Origin: Felis catus
Taxonomy: Eukaryota
DNA length: 64,000 nucleotides
Reading direction: 5' to 3'
Assembly: GCF_018350175.1 (NCBI RefSeq)
Contig: NC_058373.1
Coordinates: 111,354,001-111,418,000, forward strand
Position numbers and translations under genes: made by a program. Under the pieces are notes generated by a model. That model was given only the letters and a program-made list of their open reading frames with translations, made no database searches and was not told where the DNA came from. Positions 61,940-64,000 of this stretch are shown one piece after another (positions within the stretch are counted from its first letter, which is position 1; every line of letters begins with the position of its first letter).

Positions 61940-62730
61940 TTGATACTAGCCATTCTGACTGGTGTAAGGTGATATCTCATTGTGGTTTTGATTTGCATTT
62001 CTCCGATGACTAGTGATGTTCATGTTTCTGTTGACCTTGTCTATATCTTCTTTCAGGTCTTCTGCCCATTTTTAATTGGATTGTTTGTTTTTTGGTTTTG
62101 AGTTGTATGACTTCTTTATATGTTTTATATATTAGCCCCTTATTGGATATAGCCCCTTATTGGATTTGCAAGTAGCTTCTCTCATTCAGTAGGCTTCCTT
62201 TTCATTTTGTTCATAGTTTCCTTTACTGTGCAAAGCTTTTTAGTTTGATGTAATCCTAATTGTTTATTTTTGCTTTTGTTTCTCTTGCCTGGGGACATAC
62301 CCTGAAAAATATTACTAAGGCCAATGTCCAAGAGATCATTGCCTGTTGTTGTTGTTTTTTTTTTTTAAGTTTTATGGTTTCACGTATTACATTGAGGTCT
62401 TTAATCCATTTTGAGTTTGTTTTTGTGTGTAGTATAAGAAAGTGATTCAGTTTCATTCTTTTGGATGTAGCTGTCCAGTTTTCCTAACACCATTTATTGA
62501 AGAGACTGTCTTTTCCCCTATTATATATTCTTGCCTCCTTTGTCATAGGTTAATTAACCATTTAAGCTTATGTTTATTTTAGGGCTTTCCATTCTGTTCC
62601 ATTGATTGATGAGTCTGATTTTGGGCCAAAACCATACTGTTTTGATTATTGCAGCTTTGTAGTACAGATTCAAATCAGGGATTGTTGTACCTCTAGCTTT
62701 GGTCTTCTTTCTCAAGATTGTTTTGGCTTA
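60880..62730 (-). mobile_element. L1 fossils: old 3' end (~60880-61245) and L1 ORF2 end with 3' UTR (~61260-62730) containing (TG)n at 61888-61933
   Basis: ORFs 61589-61816 ([23 protein letters not shown]), 61768-61998 (MQIKTTMRYHLTPVRMA) and 62256-62456 (NSKWIKDLNV) are L1 ORF2 C-terminal fragments. Confidence 0.92.
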
Positions 62731-62745
62731 GATGATTAAGCTTCC

Positions 62746-62951
62746 TTTTTTTTTTTTTAATGTTTGTTTATTTTTGAGAGAGAGAGTGTGAGCAGGGGAG
62801 GGGCAGAGAAAGGGAGACGCAGAATTCGAAGCAGGCTGTAGGCTCTAAGCTGTCAGCAAAGAGCCTGAAGCGGGGCTCGAACTCATGAACCGTGACATCA
62901 TGACCTGAGCCAAAGTCAGGCGCTTAACTGACTGAGCCACTCACGTGCCCC
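62746..62951 (-). mobile_element. CAN-SINE
   Basis: SINE body; TSD TAGATGATTAAGCTTC / TAGATGATTGAGCTTC. Confidence 0.93.
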
Positions 62952-63243
62952 TAGATGATTGAGCTTCTTGTCAGCAGTGATTGTTTTAGATTTTGGTATT
63001 TTCTGAAGGAAGGATAACAAGTATTACAACTTGTTGAATGCATGGTTTAGTCTCAGCCATACATGGACTACTTGGAGTTCATTAGAATACCTTGCATCTG
63101 TGGTGGATTCTACAAGATTGGCAGGGCAAGAAAGTAGAAAGTGAATTTCCTTAAAGCATGAGAAAATGGAGCCTATCAGAAGGGTAAAAGCTTCTTACAT
63201 AATTATTACACAAAATAGACCTTGAGGAACATTTAGGTTAATG

Positions 63244-63245
<2 letters not shown>

Positions 63246-63291
<46 letters not shown>
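63246..63291 (+). repeat. (TG)n microsatellite
   Basis: About 23 uninterrupted units. Confidence 0.97.
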
Positions 63292-63295
<4 letters not shown>

Positions 63296-63809
63296 GTAAA
63301 TGGGAAAAAGGAGACCTAGAGAGATGAAGTGATAAGCTTTTAGTCATACAGCTAGCTGGAGACATGTAGTGTGGTGGCTCATTTTACTCATCATCCTGCC
63401 TTTCTTTATCCTGGGATTGTTGCTTGACCTAAGGGTAGGGATAAAGTTAAATTGCTCAATTTAAAGTTGTTTACAGTTTAAAAATACTATTTATGTCCGC
63501 ATACTATTTGGAAATTTTAGTTTTTGACAATTCTAAAGACATTCTAATATAGCTTCTCCCCCACCCTCCAGGATGCAGAACACTCTCCAAGTTTTAAATT
63601 AATGTAAAAAAATAAAAATAAAATTGTTTATAAAATTCAGTTTTTAATTTCTTTTTCAGACTTTAACTTCAGACTTTAAGTTAGAACAGGTCACTATTGA
63701 AATGGTATTAGATACAATCTTAGATTTCAAACAGATACAAAAGAAGTGTTGATGTTTAAATATAACTATGTGAAAGCATTTTTATGTAGATCAATTTAAA
63801 AGCATAAAA

Positions 63810-64000
63810 TTTATTTATTTATTTTTAACATTTTATTTTATTTTTTGAGAGACAGAGACAGAGCGCTAGTTGGGAGGGGCAGGGAGAGAGGGATACACAG
63901 AATCCAAAGCAGGCTCCAGACTCTGAGCTGTCAATACAGAGCCCGACGCAGGGCTTGAACCCATAAACTGTGAGATCATGACCTGAGCTGAAGTCAGATG
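63810..64000 (-). mobile_element. CAN-SINE cut by window edge
   Basis: Tail and body visible. Confidence 0.9.

Noticed and set aside
63550..63700. Possible third exon after CCCTCCAG or TTTTTCAG
   Set aside because: No strong donor follows, and the sequence does not match the recalled next FUT8 exon, which should lie far beyond the window

Overview
Mammalian genomic DNA, carnivore and most likely felid, judged from about 41 tRNA-derived CAN-SINE copies with (CT)n/poly-A tails. There are no prokaryotic features and no intact protein-coding exon. The window covers the 5' end of a + strand gene that I recognise from recalled 5'-UTR sequence as FUT8 (alpha-1,6-fucosyltransferase); this is unverified and needs BLAST. 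The gene portion is a CpG island (~11.4-13.4 kb) with two alternative non-coding first exons (donors after 11663 and 12861), a 47.5-kb first intron and a 98-nt non-coding exon (60401-60498). Intron 1 holds two processed pseudogenes. One is a sense MRPL55 retrocopy nested in a Charlie1 DNA-transposon fossil and spanned by a 284-codon chimeric ORF. The other is an antisense, 5'-truncated YWHAQ (14-3-3 theta) retrocopy. The rest is SINEs, L1, L2/MIR and MaLR fossils, and microsatellites. The best leads are a textbook recursive-splice-site motif (Y-tract CAG|GTAAGT at 29374/29375), the MRPL55-derived ORF with its captured 105-nt GT..AG segment, and uORFs in the FUT8 leader. I see no convincing evidence of a wholly new biological system. 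Repeat boundaries are estimated by eye, and subfamily names come from recalled consensus sequences.
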